From the NCBI GenBank assembly GCA_051648945.1, contig JBOFGC010000414.1:1-43965 (forward strand): a stretch of 43,965 nt of DNA, written 5' to 3'. The position numbers and the translations under genes are program-made. Within the stretch, counting starts at the first letter, position 1. Each line of letters begins with the position of its first letter. Below the pieces are notes generated by a model. That model was given only the letters and a program-made list of their open reading frames with translations, did not search any database and had not been told where the DNA came from. Positions 24,430 through 32,388 of the stretch are shown piece after piece. The DNA is from Bacilli bacterium (GTDB taxonomy: Bacteria > Bacillota > Bacilli > JBOFGC01).

Positions 24430-24723
24430 TTACCAAATAACGTTGATAGTAAAGCGATTATTTGTTTCTGTTTGAGAAACTGAGAATCCCTCTTCTCGTA
24501 GTTTGCTGATGATCTGTTCGAGGTAGTGATTTTCTTCTACCTTAATCGAGCACACACAACAAGAAGCGGGTTCGTCTGCGACTGCCGACACTTCAATGCG
24601 CGCGTAAATTCGAGCCACTGCATTATCTACAATTTTTCGTTGATTCGCTTTCATTAGATCGCGAATCTGATCCGCTTTCTTACGATGAGGATTAGCACAA
24701 AATGAATCTATTCGACGGGACAT
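24430..24723 (-). CDS. Hypothetical protein (97 aa)
   Basis: ORF lying 2 nt downstream of the ATP-grasp gene's stop. I recognise no family. Confidence 0.5.
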   Translation of the reverse strand: MSRRIDSFCANPHRKKADQIRDLMKANQRKIVDNAVARIYARIEVSAVADEPASCCVCSIKVEENHYLEQIISKLREEGFSVSQTETNNRFTINVIW

Positions 24724-24725
24724 TA

Positions 24726-25943
24726 TTAATCTTTCTCCACTACATGAGGAATAAAACGTGAGTTATTTTGGGTGATGCAAGTGTCATCTTCACGAATGCC
24801 AAGCGCGACTGCATCTTCTCCTACCATCCATACACCGAGCATCGGGTATTTACCATCGATAGGTTCCCATTCGATATACTTCTGAACGACCCAGCCGCCG
24901 TCATCATATTCGCCTTGACTTGAGGCGACTTCGGTCATGTTGTTGTAATCGATAATCAGTATATTCGAACCTTCACGAGAAAGCAATGGTTTATGTACCC
25001 ATTTGCCTTGTAGTTCGCCTGATTCTGCCCAAGTGACCGCTGTCTCGCCAACAAACGCAGGGACTAAGTTTTCACAATGTGGGTGACGTTCCCATAACAA
25101 AGCAAGTAACGCTTTATTAGAAAGCAACATTTTCCACGATGGTTCAATCCACTGAGTGTCTGATTTGCAAATGTGCTCGCCGAATGCGTCATCGAACATC
25201 CACTCCCATGGATACAACTTGAAGCACGCGTCGATTTTGTTTTCGTCTGGGTCTGTGAACTCAACGCCATTCCAACCAATCTGATCCATAGGAATAGTAA
25301 CTGCATCGATTCCGGCTTGCGCTGCAAGATCTGCCATGTAGCAAACAGTAGAGAAGTCGTCTACTTGATCAAATGCTGCAAAGTGTACTTTATTAGGGAC
25401 CTTGTTGTATTTGCTGTGTAAGTCTTTCCAGTGACGAATCAAAGAATCGTGTAAATCGTTAAACTGGAACGTACTCGGAGGAAATACGCCGGATTGTTGA
25501 TTCTCAAAGAACCACTGCCACTGAGTTAACCCTGTTTCGATCAACGTAGTAGGAGTATCTGCGTTGTATTCTAGTAACTTAGGCACGCCATCCTGCATAA
25601 CGAAATCGAAGCGACCATACACGGCCCACTCGTCATCCTCCCACGAATCGATGATATGTTGACGAGCTTCTTCTGGGATAAAGAATAAATCGAACCATTT
25701 GTTGCGTACCGCTGTTGGAGCGATTTCCAGTAACCACGTGATTGATTCTAGCGCTATACAATGAATCGTGTTGCCAGCGTGCTCCAGAGCTTCCTGCTCG
25801 GTTTGAGTGAGGCTATAGTAAACCGGTTGCTCCATAGCTTCGTTCCAATATGGACCATTTTCGGTAGTAGACCACATTACACCATGTTCGATTTCTACGT
25901 TTTCTTTCCAGTTTTTACGAGCCGCGATTGGTAAACGTTTCAT
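24726..25943 (-). CDS. Glutathionylspermidine-synthase-family ATP-grasp protein (YgiC/YjfC-like)
   Basis: End-to-end similarity to E. coli YgiC as I recall it (RFDF......PKLLEYNADTPT, KLYPWEWM, WIEP.WK...SNKALL.LLWE..P.. NL.PA, KP..SREG.N, GIRED....TQN.SRF.PH). Confidence 0.85.
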   Translation of the reverse strand: MKRLPIAARKNWKENVEIEHGVMWSTTENGPYWNEAMEQPVYYSLTQTEQEALEHAGNTIHCIALESITWLLEIAPTAVRNKWFDLFFIPEEARQHIIDSWEDDEWAVYGRFDFVMQDGVPKLLEYNADTPTTLIETGLTQWQWFFENQQSGVFPPSTFQFNDLHDSLIRHWKDLHSKYNKVPNKVHFAAFDQVDDFSTVCYMADLAAQAGIDAVTIPMDQIGWNGVEFTDPDENKIDACFKLYPWEWMFDDAFGEHICKSDTQWIEPSWKMLLSNKALLALLWERHPHCENLVPAFVGETAVTWAESGELQGKWVHKPLLSREGSNILIIDYNNMTEVASSQGEYDDGGWVVQKYIEWEPIDGKYPMLGVWMVGEDAVALGIREDDTCITQNNSRFIPHVVEKD

Positions 25944-25952
25944 TTTATTTCC

Positions 25953-26528
25953 TTATGATGCTGATGAACCACGAGCGGAGGCGCTGAAACCACCACGTGT
26001 TGATACTGCCGCGCGAGTAGACGAAACCGTTGCAACGCCGGGACGAGCTGTCGCTGTTGAACGACTCAGGGACGACTTGCCAAATGCTGCGCCATTGCCT
26101 GATGCTGTTACCATATGACCGCGCATTGAACCGTCTTTGTCGCGTCGTGCGTCGCTCATGTATAACGGACGAGACGATGCTTGTGCGTTGTTAATATTAG
26201 ACGAGATATTTCCCATCATGTAACCCATCATCATGGGCATCCACATACTGGTAGTTGTTCCGTCTGAGTTTTTGATTTCTTGTCGTGTGCAAGAATCGCC
26301 AAACTGAGCCGAGCATTGGGTGTTATCTTCGAACTTGGGCGCAACGTCTTGATGCATTTCTTGCGCGACTTTGAATTGCATCTCACAGTAGGGAAAGTCC
26401 ATACCTGCCGCTACACACTCGTCGATACTGCGAGCCGACAGTACATCGACTCGTTCTTCTTGTTCGCATCCGGTTAACGTCAGTGCAACAAACGTTGCCA
26501 TAATACCAGACTTTAACGTTTTGTTCAT
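25953..26528 (-). CDS. DUF1190/YgiB-like lipoprotein
   Basis: Signal peptide with lipobox LTLTG|C. Shared motifs with E. coli YgiB include C..QFGDSC (YgiB: C.AEFGEGQC), MWMPMMMGYMMG (YgiB: FWMPLMAGYMMG) and a C-terminal TRGGF. It lies directly upstream of the YgiC-like gene, as in the enterobacterial ygiBC pair. Confidence 0.75.
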   Translation of the reverse strand: MNKTLKSGIMATFVALTLTGCEQEERVDVLSARSIDECVAAGMDFPYCEMQFKVAQEMHQDVAPKFEDNTQCSAQFGDSCTRQEIKNSDGTTTSMWMPMMMGYMMGNISSNINNAQASSRPLYMSDARRDKDGSMRGHMVTASGNGAAFGKSSLSRSTATARPGVATVSSTRAAVSTRGGFSASARGSSAS

Positions 26529-26540
26529 TTCAATTATTCC

Positions 26541-27023
26541 TTATTTACGAAAATGCACTGGCGATGTGTGACGTAGAACGCCCACAAAATATTCCTTCGA
26601 GTTCGCGATGTTTGTCTTTTCCATTTCTTCGTGTAGTCGTAGGCGCATGCTGTTAGCTAAGTATTGAAGCATAATGCGATAGCCGGGGGTTTTCATTCCA
26701 TTGTTCGCGTCGACCATTTCCTTCTCCTCTGAAATATCAGTGAAGTGTGGATTCAAACGAAAATGAGGATAATCGTTTTTGTAATAAGTCTCGATATATT
26801 CGCGCATATGTTCGAAGCTGAAAGTAGTGATTTGTTTACCTTCATGGCGATTCTTCGTTGTCTTGAACGTGCTTCCATCGGTCACGACAATAAAATCCGA
26901 AATCTTCAAATATGTCATCACACTAGAGCAACGATACTCGCCTTCGCGATATTCCGCAGTTGGACCAGTGAACATACGGCCAGCGATGCAATACATAGTG
27001 GTGTGTGGTTTGAACTTTTTCAT
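26541..27023 (-). CDS. Hypothetical protein (160 aa)
   Basis: First ORF of the minus-strand operon, with a GGAG SD. I recognise no family. Confidence 0.5.
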   Translation of the reverse strand: MKKFKPHTTMYCIAGRMFTGPTAEYREGEYRCSSVMTYLKISDFIVVTDGSTFKTTKNRHEGKQITTFSFEHMREYIETYYKNDYPHFRLNPHFTDISEEKEMVDANNGMKTPGYRIMLQYLANSMRLRLHEEMEKTNIANSKEYFVGVLRHTSPVHFRK

Positions 27024-27067
27024 GAGAACTCCGTTTATAGACTACCAAAAGTGATGTATAATATACA

Positions 27068-27075
27068 GATAAATA
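27068..27075 (+). promoter_or_regulatory. Late-promoter-like box GATAAATA upstream of uvsW
   Basis: 7/8 match to TATAAATA, 55 nt upstream of the ATG at 27130. T4 uvsW is expressed late. Confidence 0.3.
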
Positions 27076-27090
27076 ACTAACTAAGCATAT

Positions 27091-27119
27091 ATTGTATATA
27101 TCGTTTTCTAAGAAATCAA
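27091..27119 (-). promoter_or_regulatory. Sigma70-type promoter candidate (TTGATT-17-TACAAT)
   Basis: On the minus strand, TTGATT lies at 27119-27114 and TACAAT at 27096-27091, in the divergent intergenic region upstream of 27023. Confidence 0.4.
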
Positions 27120-27129
27120 GAGGTTTTTA

Positions 27130-28635
27130 ATGTGTGATATCACAATTTTAGCTCAAGACTTTTCGTTCGTTAAAGTTGAAGCTGATTATAACATAATTTG
27201 CGAAATGCGCGACTACTTTTCGTTTGAAGTTGACGGCTACAAATTTAATCCGCGTTTTCGCGCGGGGTTCTGGGACGGCAAGATTCGTCTCATGGAGCTG
27301 GATGGTACACTACCTGTCGGTCTCGTGTCAATGGCTAAAATGTTTGCATCTAACATGGATTATGAAATTTCTATCGATCCTCGTCTAGATGTTAAGCCTC
27401 AGTTAACACGAAGTGAATTCGACCAGTGGGTAGGCAGTTTAGATATATACGCTGGCAATACTAAAATCGACCCTCACTGGTATCAAGGCGATTCTGTTTT
27501 TCATGCTATTAACAAACGTCGAGCTACATTGAACTTGCCAACGTCGGCTGGTAAATCTCTGATTCAAGCATTATTGAGTCGCTGGTTCTTAGAGAATTAC
27601 GAAAGTAAAGTATTAGTTATCGTTCCCACAACATCACTCGTTAATCAAATGCAAGACGACTTTGTTGATTATCGTTTGTTCCCTCGACAAGCTATCGGTC
27701 TAATGGGCGGAGGCAAGAAAAACTTTTGCTCGCCTGATTCTGTTGTTGTTGTGAGTACATGGCAGACTGCTGTTAAGCAATCACCGGAGTGGTTCAAGCA
27801 ATTCGGTATGTTGTTAGTTGATGAGTGTCACTTATCTACAGGCAAATCGATTTCTACGCTTGTTAAAAATATGCGTCACTGTGAGTACAAGTTTGGTCTG
27901 TCTGGATCGCTGAAAGACGGCAAAGCTAACGTACTACAATATATCGGGATGTTCGGTGATGTATTCAGGCCAGTCGATACTGCGAAATTGATGGAAGATG
28001 GACAAGTCGCTCAACTCGAAGTTAAGTCCGTGATGATCAAGTATCCAGATGAAGAATGTGCTAAATATTCTAGTCTAGACTACGCACAAGAAATAAAAGT
28101 AATCACGAACCATAAAAAGAGAAATCTTTGGGTGTGTGCTTTAGCTCAGAAATTAGCTCAACGGGATGAAAACGTGTTACTTCTATTCAAGCACACAGCT
28201 CACGGTAAGATGATGTATGACCATTTGAAAGCTAAGTACGGCGACAAAGTGCATTACATCTCAGGCGAGACGAAATCGGAAACACGTGTTGCATTAAGAG
28301 GCACTGCCGAAAATGACACTGGACTTATTATCGTCGCATCGTATGGCGTACTGAGTACCGGTGTTTCTATTAAACGTTTGCATCACTTAATATTCAGCCA
28401 TCCGATCAAGTCAAAAGTTACCGTGTTGCAGTCGATTGGTCGTGTTCTGCGTAAGCATGGCACCAAGACGGAAGCTATTGTATGGGATCTATGTGACATA
28501 CTAGCACAGCGCACCAAGACCGGCGCAAAGAATCCGTACAAGAAAATCAACTATGCGTTCAAACATGCGTTAGAGCGAATTAAACGTTACAACGAGGAAA
28601 AATTCTCGTATAAAATTATTAAGGTAGAGTTATGA
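27130..28635 (+). CDS. uvsW: UvsW RNA-DNA/DNA helicase (SF2)
   Basis: Collinear with T4 UvsW (DFS.V....., FSFE.DGY.FNPRFR...WDG.IRL, PHWYQ.D.VF....RR..LNLPTSAG.SLIQALL, DECHL.TGKSIS, GLSGSL.DGKAN..QY.GMFG, IIVASYGV.STG.S.K.LHH, LQ.IGRVLRKHG.KT). SD is AGAGG. Confidence 0.95.
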   Translation: MCDITILAQDFSFVKVEADYNIICEMRDYFSFEVDGYKFNPRFRAGFWDGKIRLMELDGTLPVGLVSMAKMFASNMDYEISIDPRLDVKPQLTRSEFDQWVGSLDIYAGNTKIDPHWYQGDSVFHAINKRRATLNLPTSAGKSLIQALLSRWFLENYESKVLVIVPTTSLVNQMQDDFVDYRLFPRQAIGLMGGGKKNFCSPDSVVVVSTWQTAVKQSPEWFKQFGMLLVDECHLSTGKSISTLVKNMRHCEYKFGLSGSLKDGKANVLQYIGMFGDVFRPVDTAKLMEDGQVAQLEVKSVMIKYPDEECAKYSSLDYAQEIKVITNHKKRNLWVCALAQKLAQRDENVLLLFKHTAHGKMMYDHLKAKYGDKVHYISGETKSETRVALRGTAENDTGLIIVASYGVLSTGVSIKRLHHLIFSHPIKSKVTVLQSIGRVLRKHGTKTEAIVWDLCDILAQRTKTGAKNPYKKINYAFKHALERIKRYNEEKFSYKIIKVEL

Positions 28636-28904
28636 TTGGGTTTAAGACTTTTTTGAAAGAAGAAACAGAACAGAAAGCCGCTGCTGGTCCTAAGGCCAGC
28701 ATCGAAAGTATTCTAGCTAAGATTCAATCCGTTCAAACGGAAGAGGGACTGGGTGAGTTAGAGAAGTACTACGCTCGTCGTTCTAAAGAGGCAGAAGTTG
28801 GCGAGAGTGATGATATCACCGTAAGGGATGCAATCTCTGGTCGTCGTGCTGAAATCAAGGCAGCGAAAGCAGAAGCAGAAGCTGGCGAAGAAGAGCAAGT
28901 ATAA
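28632..28904 (+). CDS. Small acidic helical protein in the UvsW.1 position
   Basis: ATGA overlap with the uvsW stop. It is 90 aa and E/A/K-rich. The assignment rests on position only. Confidence 0.45.
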   Translation: MIGFKTFLKEETEQKAAAGPKASIESILAKIQSVQTEEGLGELEKYYARRSKEAEVGESDDITVRDAISGRRAEIKAAKAEAEAGEEEQV

Positions 28905-28905
28905 G

Positions 28906-28931
28906 AAAAGGGAGCCGTTAGGCTCCCTTTT
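28906..28931. terminator. Bidirectional rho-independent terminator
   Basis: AAAA-GGGAGCC-GTTA-GGCTCCC-TTTT between convergent genes. Confidence 0.85.
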
Positions 28932-28934
28932 CGT

Positions 28935-29363
28935 TTAGAATTCACATACTGCATCGAGTAGTGATTGCATGCGCTTGTCTTGCTCTGCTTTCATCTTCTT
29001 GGTAATTTCTACCATAACGCGATTGTAAGCTTTGCGATCCATTACTTTGCCTTCGTCGTTCGCGATACCCAGAATGGTGATTTCGTGGGCATTCACTGTG
29101 AAATCACGATACATTGTACGATGATACACAACAAACGTAATATCTTTCAGGATTAGCAGACCAGCACCGCTTTGCTTTCCTTTGATATCCAGACCACACG
29201 CTTTCAATGTAGATACACTAACTTTACCGCGTTTTGTGTTCAGTGGCTTCTTACTAGCGCCAGTGCCGCCAAACATATCGATAATATCACTCATCTCAAA
29301 ACCCATAGCAGATACAGTTTTGCCGATGTAAGTTTGTGCCATTTTCAGAGTAATCATAGACAT
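28935..29363 (-). CDS. Hypothetical protein (142 aa)
   Basis: The ATG at 29363 has an AAGGA SD, while the track start at 29381 does not. It is the second gene of a two-gene early unit. Confidence 0.5.
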   Translation of the reverse strand: MSMITLKMAQTYIGKTVSAMGFEMSDIIDMFGGTGASKKPLNTKRGKVSVSTLKACGLDIKGKQSGAGLLILKDITFVVYHRTMYRDFTVNAHEITILGIANDEGKVMDRKAYNRVMVEITKKMKAEQDKRMQSLLDAVCEF

Positions 29364-29406
29364 TGTTGTTTTCCTTCTCAAAAGTAAAAATTATATGTAG
29401 TTGAAA

Positions 29407-29931
29407 TTAAAAGAATGATTTTCCAGAACCGAATGCAACTGTGTTCAGTGTTCCCGCTCGTTGTCCACGAAACGCGTCTTCGAAAAGTTGACGAAGTTCA
29501 AACTCTTCAATAGGCTTAACTTTTGGCTTAGGTTGAACAACTTGCTGTGTGCCGTAAACTTCAATGTTGTCTGCTTCCAGTTTCATAGCCAAGTTCAGCC
29601 ATTCGGTACGAGACATCACGTAATTAACATCCAATGCGACGACTTCTGGCTTAATGTCAACCGACTTCATCCAATCGACAACTTTAGATACATCGTTTGG
29701 CTCGGCGACTTCGATAATACCAACAGTTCCAAAATCGGCGATAGTCATTTTGATTCGAGTGGCAAACGGCAACATCGTTTCAGTTGCGCCATAACGAGAA
29801 CTATTAAACTTTTCAGCGATATGTCGAGCAGATTCGGTTGTTACGATCAATCGAGTGCAGTTTTTGTTTTTTACCAAATCAACGAGTTGAGTTGTTTTGC
29901 CTTGACCCGCTGTAGTTGCGATAACGTGCAT
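29407..29931 (-). CDS. P-loop NTPase-like protein (174 aa)
   Basis: N-terminal Walker A-like ATTAGQGKTT and a possible Walker B, VVALDV. It has an AAGGAA SD and a sigma70 promoter ~45 nt upstream. The family is unknown. Confidence 0.5.
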   Translation of the reverse strand: MHVIATTAGQGKTTQLVDLVKNKNCTRLIVTTESARHIAEKFNSSRYGATETMLPFATRIKMTIADFGTVGIIEVAEPNDVSKVVDWMKSVDIKPEVVALDVNYVMSRTEWLNLAMKLEADNIEVYGTQQVVQPKPKVKPIEEFELRQLFEDAFRGQRAGTLNTVAFGSGKSFF

Positions 29932-29972
29932 AATGTTTCCTTCTTAAATGTCGTTGTTGTTTCGATGTGGTT

Positions 29973-30000
29973 ATAATAACAGGATTGATTTTAGCGTCAA
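29973..30000 (-). promoter_or_regulatory. Sigma70-type early promoter (TTGACG-16-TATTAT) with an A-rich UP-like element
   Basis: On the minus strand, TTGACG lies at 30000-29995 and TATTAT at 29978-29973, preceded by AAAATAATTTGAAAAAGATG. It is part of a ~90-bp cassette repeated at 35788-35880. Confidence 0.65.
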
Positions 30001-30028
30001 CATCTTTTTCAAATTATTTTAAAAAGAA

Positions 30029-30050
30029 AAAGGAGCCCGAAGGCTCCTTT
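30029..30050 (-). terminator. Rho-independent terminator
   Basis: GGAGCC-TTCG-GGCTCC followed by TTTTTCTTTTT (minus-strand reading), directly after the stop at 30053. Confidence 0.8.
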
Positions 30051-30052
30051 GA

Positions 30053-30235
30053 TTACATGATCATCTGTACTTCAGCAATAGCGTCGGTCGCAGATTCATT
30101 AAGACGTTCTGACATTTCTTTGTGCATCGCGTGGCAAGTACACGGATGAACGTATTCAGATTCGCTGATTTTGATTTCTAGTCCAAACTCGATAGGAGTT
30201 TTACAGACTGCACAAACTAACATTTCTTTACCCAT
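30053..30235 (-). CDS. Small Cys/His-rich protein (60 aa), possible zinc-binding
   Basis: CAVC...HPCTCH arrangement. The SD is weak, and the ORF is in the uvsY.-x position. Confidence 0.4.
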   Translation of the reverse strand: MGKEMLVCAVCKTPIEFGLEIKISESEYVHPCTCHAMHKEMSERLNESATDAIAEVQMIM

Positions 30236-30252
30236 ACTAGGATTACACTCTA

Positions 30253-30645
30253 TTATTTATGTAAGAATAATGATTTGATTCGGTCGCCGTCGAACTCGAA
30301 TCCATTCGCTTGGCAATGAGCACGAACTGTTTTCATAGCTTCGCCGATGTGTTTCGCGTCTTTGATCAGACCTTTGATAGTATCATCGTCAAGCTCAGGT
30401 GGCATAATAAATTGCAGTGCTTCGATTTGAGCTTCCAGTCCTTCGGTTGGCAAACCTCGTTCGGTTACCACACCTAAATTGAATCGGAGTGATTTGATAT
30501 GACCGCGGGCAACCTCAACTACATTCTTGTTGCTCATGTCGCCTGATTTCTGTACGTCGCCAATAAGGCATTGTAGAGAAATCTGAGTATTTTTATCACG
30601 CAGTTTACGTGCAACTTGTAGTTTTTGTTTAGCTAGTTCAAACAT
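30253..30645 (-). CDS. GatB/YqeY-like domain protein (130 aa)
   Basis: The ATG at 30645 has a strong AAGGAAAC SD and an ATGTTTGA overlap with the upstream stop. The C-terminal half resembles YqeY (L..I..L..(Y/F).P..L....(I/L)..LI........MG/MK.V). This is a moderate-confidence motif-level call. Confidence 0.4.
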   Translation of the reverse strand: MFELAKQKLQVARKLRDKNTQISLQCLIGDVQKSGDMSNKNVVEVARGHIKSLRFNLGVVTERGLPTEGLEAQIEALQFIMPPELDDDTIKGLIKDAKHIGEAMKTVRAHCQANGFEFDGDRIKSLFLHK

Positions 30646-30844
30646 TATTGTTTCCTTCTTTAATAGCGAATGTGTATCCTTTAACAAATGAGGATACGAT
30701 CAAATCAATTACATGTTCTTTATGAAAAGAGAGGTTAGGGTCGATATTCTTCTCCAACGCTTCCTTTAATTCATTAACGACCCGATTCAAGGACTCGTTG
30801 GTCGATGATGTGCTTGATGGCAAATCCTCGATTTTTAACTCCAT
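30638..30844 (-). CDS. Hypothetical protein (68 aa) overlapping the uvsY 3' end
   Basis: Strong SD (AAGGAG, 6-nt spacing) before the only ATG. It overlaps uvsY by 71 nt in another frame. Confidence 0.45.
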   Translation of the reverse strand: MELKIEDLPSSTSSTNESLNRVVNELKEALEKNIDPNLSFHKEHVIDLIVSSFVKGYTFAIKEGNNNV

Positions 30845-31181
30845 CTAAAGCTCCTTTACAAAACTCAATCATGATTTCAATAACAGCCATAGCGGTGTCA
30901 GCTTTCATGACATCCGTATCTGCTGGGATAACTGATCTTAACTCAGTCTTATCGTATTGGTCAAGACAAATTTCATCGCCTCGTCCAGTGTAGTAATCTA
31001 AACGAGCTTTCAACGCTTTGACTTTATCGTTGCTCAATTTCTTCTGTTGTACTTTCAACTCGACTAGATAACGTAGCCACTTGCCATGTAGAACAGGATT
31101 ATTCGCTGCTTCGTACTGTAGATCTGTTAGATTAATTGGTAAGTCTTTTGTTAGTTCGTCTTTTAATTCTGTTAGTGTCAT
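30774..31181 (-). CDS. uvsY: UvsY recombination mediator
   Basis: MTLTELKDEL.KD..I....LQYEAANNP.L..KWL......K..L...KV.ALKARLDYYTGRGD...........(E/M).....ALD..K.RGFAIKHI is collinear with T4 UvsY. The ATG at 31181 has an AAAGGAAC SD. Confidence 0.92.
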   Translation of the reverse strand: MTLTELKDELTKDLPINLTDLQYEAANNPVLHGKWLRYLVELKVQQKKLSNDKVKALKARLDYYTGRGDEICLDQYDKTELRSVIPADTDVMKADTAMAVIEIMIEFCKGALDGVKNRGFAIKHIIDQRVLESGR

Positions 31182-31207
31182 ATTAGTTCCTTTCACTAGA
31201 TAGACAT

Positions 31208-31235
31208 ATTATACACTATAAAACTGAGAAATCAA
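31208..31235 (-). promoter_or_regulatory. Sigma70-type promoter (TTGATT-16-TATAAT) upstream of uvsY
   Basis: On the minus strand, TTGATT lies at 31235-31230 and TATAAT at 31213-31208. Confidence 0.55.
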
Positions 31236-31244
31236 CAACTGAAA

Positions 31245-31263
31245 TCTGATGCGTAGCATCAGA
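31245..31263 (-). terminator. Perfect 8-bp hairpin (TCTGATGC-GTA-GCATCAGA), possible terminator or RNA element
   Basis: Perfect inverted repeat followed on the minus strand by TTTCAG only, so the U-tract is weak. Confidence 0.35.
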
Positions 31264-31301
31264 ATATTGTCTTTGTCTATACTATATAACTATTATAGAA
31301 A

Positions 31302-31550
31302 CTAATGAACAAATTTATTTCTGTACACGACGACATTTCGATTTGCGTCTTTCATTATCCGCGAACGTTGTGTTTGTTTATACATCAAAAACGAGGTGGA
31401 AGATATCCAGAGAGACGATATCACAACAATCACTATAACACACGTTTTACAAGGACACCTGTTCCTGTTGATTCCTCCGAATATAACAAACACAACCGAA
31501 CAGAACGTTAATGGAATCAAAATAATGTAGCCAAACATAAAGTATACCAT
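31302..31550 (-). CDS. Possible small two-TM membrane protein (82 aa from the ATG at 31550)
   Basis: Two hydrophobic stretches (VYFMFGYIILIPLTFCSVVFVIFGG; CVIVIVVISSLWISSTSFLMY) and a basic C-terminal tail. The SD is weak and the ORF lies just downstream of a terminator. Confidence 0.35.
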   Translation of the reverse strand: MVYFMFGYIILIPLTFCSVVFVIFGGINRNRCPCKTCVIVIVVISSLWISSTSFLMYKQTQRSRIMKDANRNVVVYRNKFVH

Positions 31551-31575
31551 GTTTCCAACGTTGAAATATCGAAAC

Positions 31576-31597
31576 AAAAAAGGAGCCTTCTGGCTCC
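31576..31597 (-). terminator. Rho-independent terminator after the porin gene
   Basis: GGAGCC-AGAA-GGCTCC followed by TTTTTT (minus-strand reading). Confidence 0.8.
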
Positions 31598-31615
31598 TGT
31601 TGGTTATCGGTTTAC

Positions 31616-32365
31616 TTAGAAATTGAATTTTGCGGTGTAGATAACACCATTTGCGCGTCCGTTAGTGCCCAGACGATTGTCTGCATAACGATACTGAACA
31701 CCGGTGCTTACGCGAGGACTGATATGCCACCAAGCGGCTACTGCACCATTAACACCAAACTCTTTAGCATCGCCGGAAAGTTTCAGGTAGTCAGCGTTGC
31801 GTGCAAACGTCAGTTCGTTCCAGTTCGTGATTTGGAACTTTTCTTCGCCGATGTTGAAGTCATACATTGCTGTCCAACCCATCATGCCGCCGTTTAGGCC
31901 ACTGAAGCGCTCGGTATTGAAGTCTGCGTTATGAGTAGACAACTGAACACCAATGAACGGACGGAACGAGAACGACTCATGACGCATTTGGTACGATAGA
32001 CCCAATACTGTATCAGTTGCTTTAAAATCTTTACTCAGGAACGCGAACGTCTGATGATACACTGCCAGATTCTCTACTTTCGTATTCAGAGTCGTAACAC
32101 CTTTCATAGACACTTGCATATCTTCAACTTTGCCATACGATGCGAAGTTTTCGAAATCAACGAATCCGTAGATGTCACCGAACTCGTTACCTGCACCGCC
32201 TTCCAACTCAATAAAATCGAAGTCTTTCAGGTGGCCACCGCGCTGACTTGTGCCATCAGACCAATCAACTTTATTTACTGAAATGTTACCAAAAGAATAA
32301 CCTGCGTTTGCGCTTAGTGATACTGATGCCAGTGCGATACCTACAACTGCTAAAAACTTTTTCAT
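31616..32365 (-). CDS. Tsx/OmpK-family outer-membrane channel protein, phage-encoded
   Basis: Signal peptide MKKFLAVVGIALASVSLSANA|G. FDFIELEGGAGNEFGDIYGFVDFENF parallels OmpK YLEMEFGGRSGIFDLYGYVDVFNL. The sequence shows an alternating beta-strand pattern, and the C-terminal ...YTAKFNF matches the OMP terminal-Phe signature (Tsx ends GYNF, OmpK ends TYKF). SD is AAGGAAG. Confidence 0.75.
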   Translation of the reverse strand: MKKFLAVVGIALASVSLSANAGYSFGNISVNKVDWSDGTSQRGGHLKDFDFIELEGGAGNEFGDIYGFVDFENFASYGKVEDMQVSMKGVTTLNTKVENLAVYHQTFAFLSKDFKATDTVLGLSYQMRHESFSFRPFIGVQLSTHNADFNTERFSGLNGGMMGWTAMYDFNIGEEKFQITNWNELTFARNADYLKLSGDAKEFGVNGAVAAWWHISPRVSTGVQYRYADNRLGTNGRANGVIYTAKFNF

Positions 32366-32388
32366 TTTGCTTCCTTGTTTGTATAAGA

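Larger units (their letters stand above)
29960..30050 (-). repeat. ~90-bp terminator/UP/promoter/5'-leader cassette, copy 1
   Basis: About 95% identical to 35788-35880; I see three substitutions and one 1-nt indel by eye. Confidence 0.85.

Noticed and set aside
29967-30149. Plus-strand ORFs 29967-30149 and 35621-35932, which share the peptide ...STSFSNYFKKKK...
   Set aside because: The shared peptide is simply the translation of the repeated terminator/promoter cassette. The region is better explained as non-coding regulatory DNA for minus-strand genes.
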